64,000 nt of DNA from Alphaproteobacteria bacterium. GTDB lineage: Bacteria > Pseudomonadota > Alphaproteobacteria > UBA7985 > JAUIBT01. Position 1 is the stretch's first letter. The number at the start of each line of letters is the position of its first letter. The position numbers and the translations under genes are program-made. Under the pieces are notes generated by a model, which did not search any database, was not told the DNA's origin, and saw nothing but the letters and a program-made list of their open reading frames with translations. This document shows positions 9,514 to 19,104 of the stretch, piece after piece. The stretch lies in contig JAUIBT010000005.1 of assembly GCA_030428255.1 (NCBI GenBank), positions 308-64,307 of the forward strand, in the 5' to 3' direction.

Positions 9514-11130
9514 CTAGAGCAGCCAGCCTTGGCCGTCGTCTTTCTTGGGCGGTTTCTTTGCGGGTTCTGGCGCTTTTGCAGATGAGGTGAGCTCAGGCTT
9601 AACAGAAGCCTGTGGCTGTCCTGAGGCAGCGCTTGGCCCGGATTGGGATTGGCCTGCGGCAGGCTCCAACGCTTGCACCTGGCCCGCGCCGTCGGCAAAG
9701 ACCAAGCGCAAAATCTCACCGGGAACCAGACTGGCGGCCTGGGTCAACAGGCTGCCATCGCCGCGCTCGACCCGTGCATAGCCGCGCTCGAGCGCCCGCT
9801 TATCAACACCTTGGTAAGAGGCCATAAGCGCGGAGACTTGGGCCAGCGCTTGGCCGTCGCGCTCTAGGCGGCGCTGGAGGGCCTGGGACAGGCGGCGCGG
9901 TGCTTGCAGGCCCTGCCAGTCGCGCGCGGCCCCGCGCAGCAAGCCCGTGGCGGCCAAACGCAAGCGCTCGACCCTTTGGCCAAGCTGGTCGCCGGCAGTC
10001 CGCAGCGCCTCGCGCGGGTGCACCAACTTCAGTGCTAAGCGCTCGACGGCCTGTGCCCGGCCCTGGATCTGGCCGTCGAGGCCGCGGTCCAGCCCTTGGC
10101 TGGCGGCGTCCAGGCGCTGATAGGCCATGTCCAGCATGTGACCGGGCTTGCCCAGCCCGCGCACCAGTCCTGCCAACAGCTCGCTGCGGCGGCCGGTCAG
10201 GCTCAGGGTGCCGCGTTGCAGGCGCAGGCCCAGATCTTCGATGCCCAATGCCAGCTCGCTGCGCACGGGTACGGCGCGCTCGGCGGCTCCGGTCGGTGTC
10301 GGCGCGCGCAGATCGGCGACAAAATCGGCCAAGGTGGTGTCGGTCTCGTGTCCCACCGCTGAGATAATGGGAATCTGGCTGGCTGCGATGGCGCGCACCA
10401 CCACTTCCTCGTTGAAGGCCCAAAGATCTTCCAGGCTACCGCCGCCACGCCCGACGATCAGTATCTCGGGCCGCAAATCGTCCGGCAGGGCGTTGAAGCC
10501 CGCAATCGCCGCTGCGATTTGCTCCGCCGCGCCCTGGCCCTGCACCTTGACCGGCCACAGCCGCACCGGACGCGGAAAGCGCTCGGCAATGCGGTGCAGG
10601 ATATCGCGGATCACCGCCCCCGTTGGCGACGTGACCACGCCAATCGCGCGCGGCAAGAAGGGCAGGGGACGCTTGCGGGCCTGGTCGAACAAGCCCTCGA
10701 CGGCCAGCTTCTTCTTGCGCTCTTCTAGCAGCTTGAGCAGCGCACCTTCGCCCGCAGGCTCCATCGACTCCAGTACGAGCTGGTACTTGGAGGAGCCGGG
10801 GTAGGTGGTCAAGCGACCCTGAGCGATGATCTCAAGCCCTTCTTCGGCGCGGGTGCCAAGGCGAGCGACTTGGCCCTTCCAGCAGACTACATCAAGCACC
10901 GCTTTTTCATCCTTCAAGGTGAAATAGAGGTGGCCCGAGCGCGCGTAGGTCGGGCGCGAAATCTCACCGCGCACCCGCACGAAGTCAAAGCTGGTCTCGA
11001 CCGTGCGTTTGATCGCCTGCGACAGCTCGCTGACGGTATATTCGCTGGCGTTGGGCGCGCCGGTCGCGTCGCTGTTGGCGTGGTTGCTGGGAGGCTCGCC
11101 GCCGGAAAAATTGAAACCTGGGTTTGTCAT
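9514..11130 (-). CDS. xseA: Exodeoxyribonuclease VII large subunit
   Basis: 538 aa. OB-fold N-terminus (YTVSELSQAIKRTVE...VRVRGEISRPTYARSGHLYFTLKD) and catalytic core (ILIVGRGGGSLEDLWAFNEE...SAVGHETDTTLADFVADLRAPTPTGAAE). Confidence 0.85.
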   Translation of the reverse strand: MTNPGFNFSGGEPPSNHANSDATGAPNASEYTVSELSQAIKRTVETSFDFVRVRGEISRPTYARSGHLYFTLKDEKAVLDVVCWKGQVARLGTRAEEGLEIIAQGRLTTYPGSSKYQLVLESMEPAGEGALLKLLEERKKKLAVEGLFDQARKRPLPFLPRAIGVVTSPTGAVIRDILHRIAERFPRPVRLWPVKVQGQGAAEQIAAAIAGFNALPDDLRPEILIVGRGGGSLEDLWAFNEEVVVRAIAASQIPIISAVGHETDTTLADFVADLRAPTPTGAAERAVPVRSELALGIEDLGLRLQRGTLSLTGRRSELLAGLVRGLGKPGHMLDMAYQRLDAASQGLDRGLDGQIQGRAQAVERLALKLVHPREALRTAGDQLGQRVERLRLAATGLLRGAARDWQGLQAPRRLSQALQRRLERDGQALAQVSALMASYQGVDKRALERGYARVERGDGSLLTQAASLVPGEILRLVFADGAGQVQALEPAAGQSQSGPSAASGQPQASVKPELTSSAKAPEPAKKPPKKDDGQGWLL

Positions 11131-11367
11131 GGCTTGGGTTTAGCGCAAGGCAGCGCGCGACAAAAGCCCTCAAGCGCCGTGCTCGCGCTCGAACAGGCCG
11201 CAAAAGCGCAGTTGTGGCAAAGCGGTCCCTTTTCTTGGCGTCCGCGACTTGCTAACCAGGGCCTCACAAGCCGGACCAGACCTCATGGAACCGGCCCCCC
11301 CTGACCTGGACGCCGCTTGGCCGCTCGCGCGCGAAAGCTGCATCCCTTCGGAGTCATTGCAGTTGCT

Positions 11368-12672
11368 ATGAACGTCCTTCTGATCGGCTCTGGTGGCCGT
11401 GAGCACGCGCTGGCGTGGAAAATTGCCCAATCCCCCAACTGTACGCGCCTCTATTGCGCGCCCGGCAATCCCGGTATGCTGAACATGCCAGAGCGTATGG
11501 GCCGCGCTGGTGCGGTCAGTCAGGGCTTTGCCCCTGTATCGCAGATCGCGCTCAACGATCAGGCTGCTATCGTTGATTTTTGCGGCGAGCAAGCCATCGA
11601 CCTGGTGGTGGTTGGCCCTGAACAACCGCTGGTCGAGGGGCTGGCCAACCTGTTGCGGGCGCACGGTATTCCGGTGTTTGGCCACGAGCAAGCCGCCGCC
11701 GAGCTTGAGGGCTCCAAAGCCTTCGCCAAAGCGATCATGGCCGACGCGCAAGTGCCGACCGCAGCGTATGGGGCCTTCGATGACGCCGAGGCCGCCAAGG
11801 CCTTTATCCGCCAACACGGCGCGCCCATCGTGGTCAAGGCCGACGGCCTGGCAGCGGGCAAGGGCGTGGTGGTGGCTGAGACGCTGGATCAAGCGCTGGC
11901 GGCGGTGGATCGCTTGCACAAGCCTGGTGAACAGCTGGTGGTCGAAGCTTTTTTGAGCGGCGAAGAAGCCTCCTATTTCGTGCTGGTCGATGGCGAATCG
12001 GTGATGGCCTTTGGCTCGGCGCAAGACCACAAGCGGGTCGGCGACGGCGACACCGGTGAGAATACCGGCGGCATGGGGGCCTATACCCCGGCACCCATCG
12101 TGACCCAAGAGCGCGAGCGCTTGATACTGGAGACCATCGCCAAGCCCATCGCCCGCACCATGGCCGCGCGCGGCTGTCCGCTGACCGGCGTGCTATTCAT
12201 CGGCCTGATGATCGACGAGACCAAACCCAGCGCCGACCAGATCCAGGTGCTGGAGTTCAACGTGCGCTTCGGCGATCCGGAGTGCCAGGTTTTGATGCTG
12301 CGCTTAGAGAGTGATATTTTGCCGGTATTGCAGGCGGTCGCCGAAGGCCGCTTGGCCGAGGCTGAGACCCCGCGTTGGAGCGCCGACAGCGCGATCACGG
12401 TGATCATGGCCAACCAAGGCTACCCGGGCTCGTATGAGAAAGGCTCTGAAATCAGAGGCCTGGAGGACTGCCCGGCTTTGGTTTTCCACGCAGGCACGGT
12501 TGAAAGCGAGGCGGGCGCAATCCAGGCGGTCGGCGGCCGCGTACTGGCCGTTAGCGCACGCGCGCCAAGCTTGGCCGAGGCCCAAGCTCAGGCCTATACA
12601 GGCTGCAAAGCGATTGATTGGCCCCAGGGCTTTTACCGCCGTGACATTGGCTGGCGGGCGCTCACGTCCTGA
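11368..12672 (+). CDS. purD: Phosphoribosylamine--glycine ligase
   Basis: MNVLLIGSGGREHALAWK... ATP-grasp motifs. The ORF track starts 17 codons upstream. Confidence 0.9.
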   Translation: MNVLLIGSGGREHALAWKIAQSPNCTRLYCAPGNPGMLNMPERMGRAGAVSQGFAPVSQIALNDQAAIVDFCGEQAIDLVVVGPEQPLVEGLANLLRAHGIPVFGHEQAAAELEGSKAFAKAIMADAQVPTAAYGAFDDAEAAKAFIRQHGAPIVVKADGLAAGKGVVVAETLDQALAAVDRLHKPGEQLVVEAFLSGEEASYFVLVDGESVMAFGSAQDHKRVGDGDTGENTGGMGAYTPAPIVTQERERLILETIAKPIARTMAARGCPLTGVLFIGLMIDETKPSADQIQVLEFNVRFGDPECQVLMLRLESDILPVLQAVAEGRLAEAETPRWSADSAITVIMANQGYPGSYEKGSEIRGLEDCPALVFHAGTVESEAGAIQAVGGRVLAVSARAPSLAEAQAQAYTGCKAIDWPQGFYRRDIGWRALTS

Positions 12673-12764
12673 TCGCTCTGCCTGAAAACCTGCCTGAATA
12701 AGACGACCGTCCAGACCAAGGGGGCGGCTCCCTTCCTTCATTTGAGATATAAGAAGAGAAACTC

Positions 12765-14300
12765 ATGATCCCTCGTCGCGCTCTGCTATCTGTTTCCGAT
12801 AAGACCGGCCTTGTGCCCTTTGCCCGCGTGCTGGCTGCCCAGGGCGTCGAGCTGCTGTCCACCGGCGGCACTGCGGCCCTGCTGCGCGCTGACGGCCTAG
12901 CTGTGACCGAGGTCGCCGAGCACACCGGCCAAGCCGAGATCCTGGAAGGCCGCGTTAAGACCCTGCATCCCAAGATCCACGGCGGCCTGTTGGGCGATCG
13001 CCGCAAGCCCGAGCACGTCGCCACCATGGAGGCCGAGGGCATCGCGCCCATCGACCTGCTGGTGGTCAACCTCTATCCCTTTCGCCAGACCCTGGCCAGT
13101 GGCGCGGACTTTGATACTTGCGTTGAAAACATCGACATCGGCGGCCCGGCCATGCTGCGCGCGGCAGCCAAGAACCACGCCAGCGTTGCGGTGGTGGTCG
13201 ATCCTGCGGACTATGACCGCCTGCAAGAAGCGCTGGACACGGGCACGGGCCTTGGTGCCAGCTTGCGGCGCAGCTTGGCGCGCAAAGCCTTTGCTCATAC
13301 GGCAGCCTATGATTCGGACATCGCCCGCTGGTTGGCCGACAGCGATCAGCTGGACTTCCCCGAAGAATTCAGCTTGGCGGGCAAGCGTATCGCCACTTTG
13401 CGCTATGGCGAAAACCCCCACCAGGGCGCAGCCTGGTACGCCAGCGGTAGCCAGCCCGAGGGCCTGGCCAACGCGACCTTGGTGCAGGGCAAGCCTCTGT
13501 CTTATAACAACATCAACGACGCCGACGCGGCTTTGAACCTGGTTCAGGAATTCACGGAGCCCGCAGTCGCCATCATCAAGCACGCCAACCCTTGCGGCGT
13601 AGCGGTGGGAGCCAGCCTGACCGAGGCCTACCTGCGCGCCTATGCCTGCGACACCACCTCGGCCTTTGGCGGGATCGTGGCGGTCAACCGCCAGTTGGAC
13701 GGGCCGACCGCCGAGCTGATCACCCAGATCTTTACCGAGGTCGTGGTCGCACCCAGCGTCAGCGATGAGGCCAAAGACGTTTTTACAGCCAAGAAAAACC
13801 TGCGCTTGCTGATCACCGGCGAGCAGAGCCCCTTCAGCCAATCGAACTTGGTGGTTAAGACCCTGCGCGGCGGCTTCTTGCTGCAAAATCGCGATCAGAC
13901 CTGGGCCGATCCCGAGGCGATTCGCTGCGTGACCCAGCGCCAGGCCAGCGCCAGCGAGGCGGCCGATTTGGAGTTCGCCTTCAAGGTCGCCAAGCACGTC
14001 AAATCCAATGCGATTGTGCTGGTCAAGGATGGTCGCACCGTGGGTATCGGCGCGGGCCAAATGAGCCGGGTCGATGCAGCGCGCATTGCGACCTGGAAAG
14101 CGGGCGACCAGGCCCAAGGCTGCGTGTTGGCCTCAGACGCTTTCTTCCCCTTTGCCGACGGCATTCAGATGGCGATTGACGCGGGCGCGAAGGCGGTGAT
14201 CCAGCCGGGCGGCTCGATGCGCGATGATGAGGTGATCAAGGCCGCTGACGATGCAGGCCTGGCCATGCTGTTTACCGGCATGCGCCATTTTAACCACTAG
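12765..14300 (+). CDS. purH: Bifunctional AICAR transformylase / IMP cyclohydrolase
   Basis: 511 aa. MGS-like N-terminus ([33 protein letters not shown]...[12 protein letters not shown]) and AICARFT C-terminus. Confidence 0.9.
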   Translation: MIPRRALLSVSDKTGLVPFARVLAAQGVELLSTGGTAALLRADGLAVTEVAEHTGQAEILEGRVKTLHPKIHGGLLGDRRKPEHVATMEAEGIAPIDLLVVNLYPFRQTLASGADFDTCVENIDIGGPAMLRAAAKNHASVAVVVDPADYDRLQEALDTGTGLGASLRRSLARKAFAHTAAYDSDIARWLADSDQLDFPEEFSLAGKRIATLRYGENPHQGAAWYASGSQPEGLANATLVQGKPLSYNNINDADAALNLVQEFTEPAVAIIKHANPCGVAVGASLTEAYLRAYACDTTSAFGGIVAVNRQLDGPTAELITQIFTEVVVAPSVSDEAKDVFTAKKNLRLLITGEQSPFSQSNLVVKTLRGGFLLQNRDQTWADPEAIRCVTQRQASASEAADLEFAFKVAKHVKSNAIVLVKDGRTVGIGAGQMSRVDAARIATWKAGDQAQGCVLASDAFFPFADGIQMAIDAGAKAVIQPGGSMRDDEVIKAADDAGLAMLFTGMRHFNH

Positions 14301-14405
14301 GTTTTGCACCCGCCAGCAGGGCCAAAAGGGCGCACTTTGTGCGTAAGCTGACGGCGGACAAATGGCGTTATGGGTCCGTCCCCCAGCGGACTTTTGGCAA
14401 AACAA

Positions 14406-14440
14406 AAGGCCCTCAGCACACGCCGGGGGCCTTTTTGTTT
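14406..14440 (+). terminator. Rho-independent terminator (AAGGCCC-loop-GGGCCTT followed by TTTTTGTTT)
   Basis: Hairpin plus T-run about 105 nt after the purH stop. Confidence 0.5.
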
Positions 14441-14788
14441 GTTCGTTTGGTCGAGCCTTGGTCTTTCAAGGTGCATGCTCAGTGCCTAAATCCAGCCGCC
14501 TGCAGCACGCATCTAGCCTTGCTCATCACTGCCTAGCGGGATTTCTTCTCCAGCGGCGGCAGGGGTGATGCATAGGACATCCGCTTTTCGCGTTCCTTGA
14601 TTGGGTCGCTCCGCTTATTGGCGGAGCTCATGGCTTTCCATACCACAAGATAGCGCACTTTGTGCTCCTTTCGTTACTTTCGTCGTAATATACGCACGAT
14701 TTGCGCTTTAGCAAGAAAAATTTGCGTGACCTAAGCGAGCTGGCTAAGCTGGCGCTTCAACGTGACCGCGAAAAGCCGCTCTAGCCGT

Positions 14789-15148
14789 ATGAAAAAATCC
14801 AAAAAACTTGTTATGAGTGCTGATGCCTTCAAGGCGTGGCGGCGTAAGCTCGGGCTGTCGCAAAAGGAGGCGGCGAAGGCCCTGGGCCTCAAGCTGCGTA
14901 TCATCCAGTACTATGAGAAGGGGCAGCGCGACGGCAAAGCCATCGTTATTCCCCGCAGCGTGCGCCTGGCCTGCCAGGCCCTGATGACCGGCATTCTTGA
15001 CTACGACGGCCAAACCATCAGCGTCTTGCCCGAGGGCAAGACCTTGGCCTCGGCGCTGGGCAAGGAAAAAGATCGGGGCGAGGAGCGCGCGGACGATGAT
15101 GACAGCGACGCTGTTCGCGACGAGGCGGACGCCGCTGAACTGGCCTAG
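14789..15148 (+). CDS. XRE-family helix-turn-helix protein with acidic C-terminal tail
   Basis: HTH segment LGLSQKEAAKALGLKLRIIQYYEKGQR. The start is uncertain (GTG 14762, ATG 14789 or ATG 14813) and no clear SD precedes any of them. Confidence 0.55.
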   Translation: MKKSKKLVMSADAFKAWRRKLGLSQKEAAKALGLKLRIIQYYEKGQRDGKAIVIPRSVRLACQALMTGILDYDGQTISVLPEGKTLASALGKEKDRGEERADDDDSDAVRDEADAAELA

Positions 15149-15206
15149 AGGTCCGGGCGGCCAGCTCGCGAAGGCGCGCAGATCGCAGGGTTTAGCACCG
15201 GACCCA

Positions 15207-16181
15207 CTAGAATCCGACCCAAACGCCCAGATGATAGTTATGAACCTCGAACTCGAACTTTCCGTCAGGCTCGGAGTGGTATTGCTTGTCCGCCGCTGCG
15301 GTGAGCTTCAAGCCAGGGGCAAGCTCATACTGCAAGCCGCCACGCAGAATATTGAACCAGTAGTTCGCGCCCGTCGTCGGTCGATAGAAAAGCTTGGCAT
15401 AGGTCCCAACCAGGTCCAGGTGGCCAAAACTTTGCCGAAACCCTATGGTACCCTGGTGGGCGCCGCCAACGGAGCCCAAGGCTTCCTCTGACACCGCTTC
15501 GCTTGTCACGTAGTTTGCGAACAGGCTGCCGGTCTCATCGAGCCACTCCAGCGATACCGCCGCGAAGTCGTCGCCCAGGCTGACGCCCAGGCCCAGATCT
15601 TCGTAGAGCCAGCCTGCGTCTTCAATCCACACCTGACCGCTAAGCAACCATCGCCCGTCGTCGTCGCTCAAAACGGCGGCGCTCCAGTCGTCAAACTCCA
15701 GCCCCATAGACAGGCGCTGGTCCTCGATGATAAAGAAGTCCTCCAGCGGGTGGCTTTGCCAGTGATCCGATAATTCGTACAGCGACTGCGGCAGGATTTG
15801 CGCCCCGCGATTGTCGCCCACACGCCCGGCTTCGACGAAGAACCCGCCTGCTTCGATGCCCAGCTTCATCTCCTCCAAAAAGGTCCAGCGTACCGGCTGG
15901 CCGTTGGTAAAGCCGATGCCGGTCAGCAGCCCTTCAGCATAAACGCGACGGTCCTGGTCAAAGTGGTGTTCAGCCTCGAATCCCAAACGCGCGGCGGTTG
16001 CAACAAAAACTTCGGTCGGGCGCGGGATACAGCCGCCGCCGCCCGGGGGGCAGGTCTGGGCGTCCGATTCACGATAGAAGGTCTCGACCCCGCCTTTCAG
16101 GCGCAGCTGCGCAGCAGCGCTCCCTGCCAGAAGGCCGGATACAACCGCGGTGATGGTCAAGATCTGGGCGAACTGCCTCAT
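15207..16181 (-). CDS. Outer-membrane beta-barrel protein (hypothetical), secreted
   Basis: Start chosen at MRQFAQILTITAVVSGLLAGSAAA (signal peptide). Alternating amphipathic strands. C-terminal ...LGVWVGF with terminal Phe, typical of OMP barrels. Confidence 0.5.
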   Translation of the reverse strand: MRQFAQILTITAVVSGLLAGSAAAQLRLKGGVETFYRESDAQTCPPGGGGCIPRPTEVFVATAARLGFEAEHHFDQDRRVYAEGLLTGIGFTNGQPVRWTFLEEMKLGIEAGGFFVEAGRVGDNRGAQILPQSLYELSDHWQSHPLEDFFIIEDQRLSMGLEFDDWSAAVLSDDDGRWLLSGQVWIEDAGWLYEDLGLGVSLGDDFAAVSLEWLDETGSLFANYVTSEAVSEEALGSVGGAHQGTIGFRQSFGHLDLVGTYAKLFYRPTTGANYWFNILRGGLQYELAPGLKLTAAADKQYHSEPDGKFEFEVHNYHLGVWVGF

Positions 16182-16395
16182 TTTTGCCGCTTCCTTGTCA
16201 ATATCTCTTTTCTCGTTACGCGATTGAGCCGCGTTGCCCCACCCGCTATCCACATCTTTTCGTTGAGTTGTTGCGGATTGGTTTCTCTCGAAACGGGTCG
16301 GTTTCTAGCCTGGGGTTGTATGCGCAGCGTCGCGCTCAGCCAAACCGGCCTGGGTCTGGCTTTTTGCATTCCGCGACCAGATCGCAATTTCTGTT

Positions 16396-16415
16396 TACTG
16401 ACTGAACAGTCAGTA
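16396..16415. promoter_or_regulatory. Candidate TetR operator: 20-bp palindrome TACTGACTG-aa-CAGTCAGTA
   Basis: Perfect 9-bp inverted arms read directly. Located 14 bp upstream of the tetR start, in the divergent region with the OMP gene. Confidence 0.55.
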
Positions 16416-16428
16416 CTAGTTTTAAGGC

Positions 16429-17154
16429 ATGACCAAAACCGAGACCTCCAAGCCCCAAAACGCCGCGCGCAGCAAATCGCGACGCAGACCAGAAGAGCGG
16501 CCAGACGAGATTCTGGACGCGGCCCTAGAGCTGTTCTTAGCGCAGGGTTTTCATCGCACCACGGTCGAGCAAATCGCCCGTGCAGCGCAGCTCTCCAAAG
16601 GCGCGGTTTATCTCTATTTCCCTGCCAAGCCCGACCTGCTGGTGGCGCTGGTTCGTCGGGGCGTTGGCGGCATGGCTGATCACGCTGCCGCTTTGTTGCG
16701 CAGCCATCAAGGCGACCCGCGCCAAGCGCTGCGCAAGCTCTTCGCCCAAATCGGGCAGCGTGCCCAGCAGAACCCGAACTTTGCCAAAGTCCCGCGACTG
16801 ATCTTGCACGAGGTTCCCACCTCGCCCGAACTGGCGGAGATCTATCGAACGGAGGTTCTGGACAAGGTTTTGCCAGCGCTCGTTGACCTGTTGGCCCGCG
16901 GTGTTGCGGCTGGCCACATCCGCCGCTTGGACCCTGAAATGACAGCGCGTTGCGTCGTTGGGCCCATGCTGGCGCACCTGCTTTTGTCGGAAATCTTCGG
17001 GCTTCAGCCCGCCGCTGGCCTTCAGTGGCAGAGCCTGCTTGAGACCCAACTGAGCCTGCTTGATGCAGGACTTGCGCGCACTGCCGACGCCGCCGCTCGC
17101 CATACGAACCCCGTAAATGATCCCGAGTTAAGCCATGTTCCAGACCTTCTTTGA
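16429..17154 (+). CDS. TetR/AcrR family transcriptional regulator
   Basis: N-terminal HTH (ILDAALELFLAQGFHRTTVEQIARAAQLSKGAVYLYF). Confidence 0.8.
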   Translation: MTKTETSKPQNAARSKSRRRPEERPDEILDAALELFLAQGFHRTTVEQIARAAQLSKGAVYLYFPAKPDLLVALVRRGVGGMADHAAALLRSHQGDPRQALRKLFAQIGQRAQQNPNFAKVPRLILHEVPTSPELAEIYRTEVLDKVLPALVDLLARGVAAGHIRRLDPEMTARCVVGPMLAHLLLSEIFGLQPAAGLQWQSLLETQLSLLDAGLARTADAAARHTNPVNDPELSHVPDLL

Positions 17155-18118
17155 TGCCGTCCTTGGCCTGGCCGTGAGCCTGTTTCCGGCTCTAGGGCCG
17201 GATTTGCCGCCGGTCTATGCCGGGTATATCGAGGGCGACTATCGCTATATCGCGCCTGCTGCGGCGGGCCGCATCCTGGAGCTTGCGGTTGAAGAGGGCC
17301 AGGTGGTGGCCGCCGGAGCGCTGCTGTTTCGCCTGGACGATGCGCCCCACCGCGCAGCTTTGAAGGCCGCCGAAGCACGGGTGGCTATGGCGCAGGCAAC
17401 CCTGGACAATCTGAGGACCGGCAGCCGCGACGAGGAAATTGCCGTGTTGCGGGCCAGCCTGACCCAGGCCGATGCAGATCGCAAGCTGGCGCTGGCCAAT
17501 CTGGAGGCCAGTCGCTCGCTGGTCGCCTCTGGTGCTTTGGCCACGACCCGCCTAACCACTGATCAGAGCCACTATGAGGCCGCTACGGCACGTGTGGCTC
17601 AGTTGCAGGCCCAGTTGCAGGTCGCCGAATTGCCCGCCCGCCCTGCGCAACAAGAGGCCGCTGAAGCGGCGCTGCATGCCGCCGAGGCTGAGCGGGAAGC
17701 GGCCAGCGTTGCTTTGGCGGATCGCTTGGTCGTGGCCCCTGTCGCGGGCCGTATCGAAGCCACCTGGTTTGAAGAGGGTGAGGTGGCCAGCCCCGCCGCG
17801 CCGGTGGTCTCGCTGTTACCGCAAGCACCTTTGAGCGCGATCTTCTTTCTGCCGGAACCCGAGCGCGCTGGTCTAAGGCTGGGCGCGCGCTTTCGCGTGA
17901 CCTGCGACGGCTGCCCGGACCAGCTTTCGGCCCGCGTGACGCGCATCGACAGCCAGCCTCAGTTTACCCCGCCAATCATCTATAGCCGGCAAGAGCGCCA
18001 ACGTTTGGTTTTCCGCATCCAAGCCGAGCTGGACGCTGGCGCGGTGCTGTCGGTCGGCCAGCCCATCAGCCTGGAGCCCTGGCAGGACGCCAGCTCAGAG
18101 CAGGGCGACAAGCCGTGA
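17135..18118 (+). CDS. HlyD-family periplasmic adaptor (membrane fusion protein)
   Basis: N-terminal TM, long Ala-rich coiled coil and a beta-barrel C-terminus. Overlaps the tetR end, consistent with an operon. Confidence 0.8.
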   Translation: MFQTFFDAVLGLAVSLFPALGPDLPPVYAGYIEGDYRYIAPAAAGRILELAVEEGQVVAAGALLFRLDDAPHRAALKAAEARVAMAQATLDNLRTGSRDEEIAVLRASLTQADADRKLALANLEASRSLVASGALATTRLTTDQSHYEAATARVAQLQAQLQVAELPARPAQQEAAEAALHAAEAEREAASVALADRLVVAPVAGRIEATWFEEGEVASPAAPVVSLLPQAPLSAIFFLPEPERAGLRLGARFRVTCDGCPDQLSARVTRIDSQPQFTPPIIYSRQERQRLVFRIQAELDAGAVLSVGQPISLEPWQDASSEQGDKP

Positions 18119-19104
18119 GCGCCGCCCCGAACCCTAGCCAGTCCCCCAGCCCCGGCCCTGACCACGGCGCAGACTGGGCGATCTCCGTCACCGGCCTGAC
18201 CAAGGTCTTCCAGGGCCGCAGGGTGGTGGATGATTTTGACATGCAGGTGCCGCGTGGCTCGATTTATGGCTTTATCGGCCCCAACGGCTCGGGCAAGACC
18301 ACCACCATCCGCATGATGTGCGGGCTTTTAACCCCCGATGGTGGGGAGGGCGCTTGCTTGGGCTTCGACATCCAGCGCCAGCAAGCGCAGATCAAGTCAC
18401 GGGTCGGCTATATGACCCAGCGGTTCTCGCTCTACGAGGACCTGACCATTCGCGAAAACCTGGACTTCTTCGCACGCATGTACGGCGTGCCCCAGCGCCA
18501 CCAGCGGGTGCGCGAGGCCTTGGATGAGCTGGGGCTGACCGGGCGGGCGGGCCAACTGGCGGGCACGCTGTCGGGGGGCTGGAAACAGCGGCTGGCACTG
18601 GCGGCTTGCTTGATCCACGACCCGCAACTGCTGCTGCTGGACGAACCGACCGCCGGGGTCGATCCCAAAGCACGGCGCGACTTCTGGGCTGAAATCCGGG
18701 TGCTGGCGCGGCGCGGGGTGACCGTGCTGGTCTCTACCCACTACATGGACGAGGCGGTGCAGTGCGATTATATCGCCTATATCGCCTATGGCAGAAAGCT
18801 GATCGCGGGCCGCTCAGCCGATATCCCGCACATGATCGGCCTGACGACCTGGCGTGTGACCGGCGGCGACCTGAGCGCCCTCGAAGCCGACCTGGCCCAG
18901 CAGCCCGCCGCTGAGCAAGTCGCACGCTTTGGTGCGGTGCTGCACGTCTCGGGCCGCGACGGCCCGGCGCTGGAGGCTCTGGCCGCCGCACGACAGGGCC
19001 ACAACGGCCAACGCTGGAGCCTGAAGGAGACCGAATTGGAGGAATCCTTTATCTATCTCATGGCCAGCGGCACGGACAATTTCCAACCCAGCGGGGCCGT
19101 TTGA
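18115..19104 (+). CDS. ABC transporter ATP-binding protein (ABC-2 type exporter)
   Basis: Walker A GPNGSGKTT, ABC signature LSGGWKQRLALA, Walker B LLLLDEPTAGVD. Confidence 0.85.
   Translation: MSAAPNPSQSPSPGPDHGADWAISVTGLTKVFQGRRVVDDFDMQVPRGSIYGFIGPNGSGKTTTIRMMCGLLTPDGGEGACLGFDIQRQQAQIKSRVGYMTQRFSLYEDLTIRENLDFFARMYGVPQRHQRVREALDELGLTGRAGQLAGTLSGGWKQRLALAACLIHDPQLLLLDEPTAGVDPKARRDFWAEIRVLARRGVTVLVSTHYMDEAVQCDYIAYIAYGRKLIAGRSADIPHMIGLTTWRVTGGDLSALEADLAQQPAAEQVARFGAVLHVSGRDGPALEALAAARQGHNGQRWSLKETELEESFIYLMASGTDNFQPSGAV

Noticed and set aside
12897-14117. 406-aa minus-strand ORF inside purH (and similar long antisense ORFs 2454-3404, 9803-10423, 20319-21260, 43440-44267, 51207-52187, 57436-58278, 59015-59689)
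   Set aside because: All lie antisense to confidently identified conserved genes and show the Ala/Arg/Gly-rich composition of GC-rich shadow frames. None has an RBS or a recognisable domain.
15798-16679. 293-aa plus-strand ORF spanning the OMP gene 5' end, the intergenic region and the tetR start
   Set aside because: It crosses the divergent promoter and operator region and overlaps two well-supported genes in other frames, so it is a spurious read-through frame.
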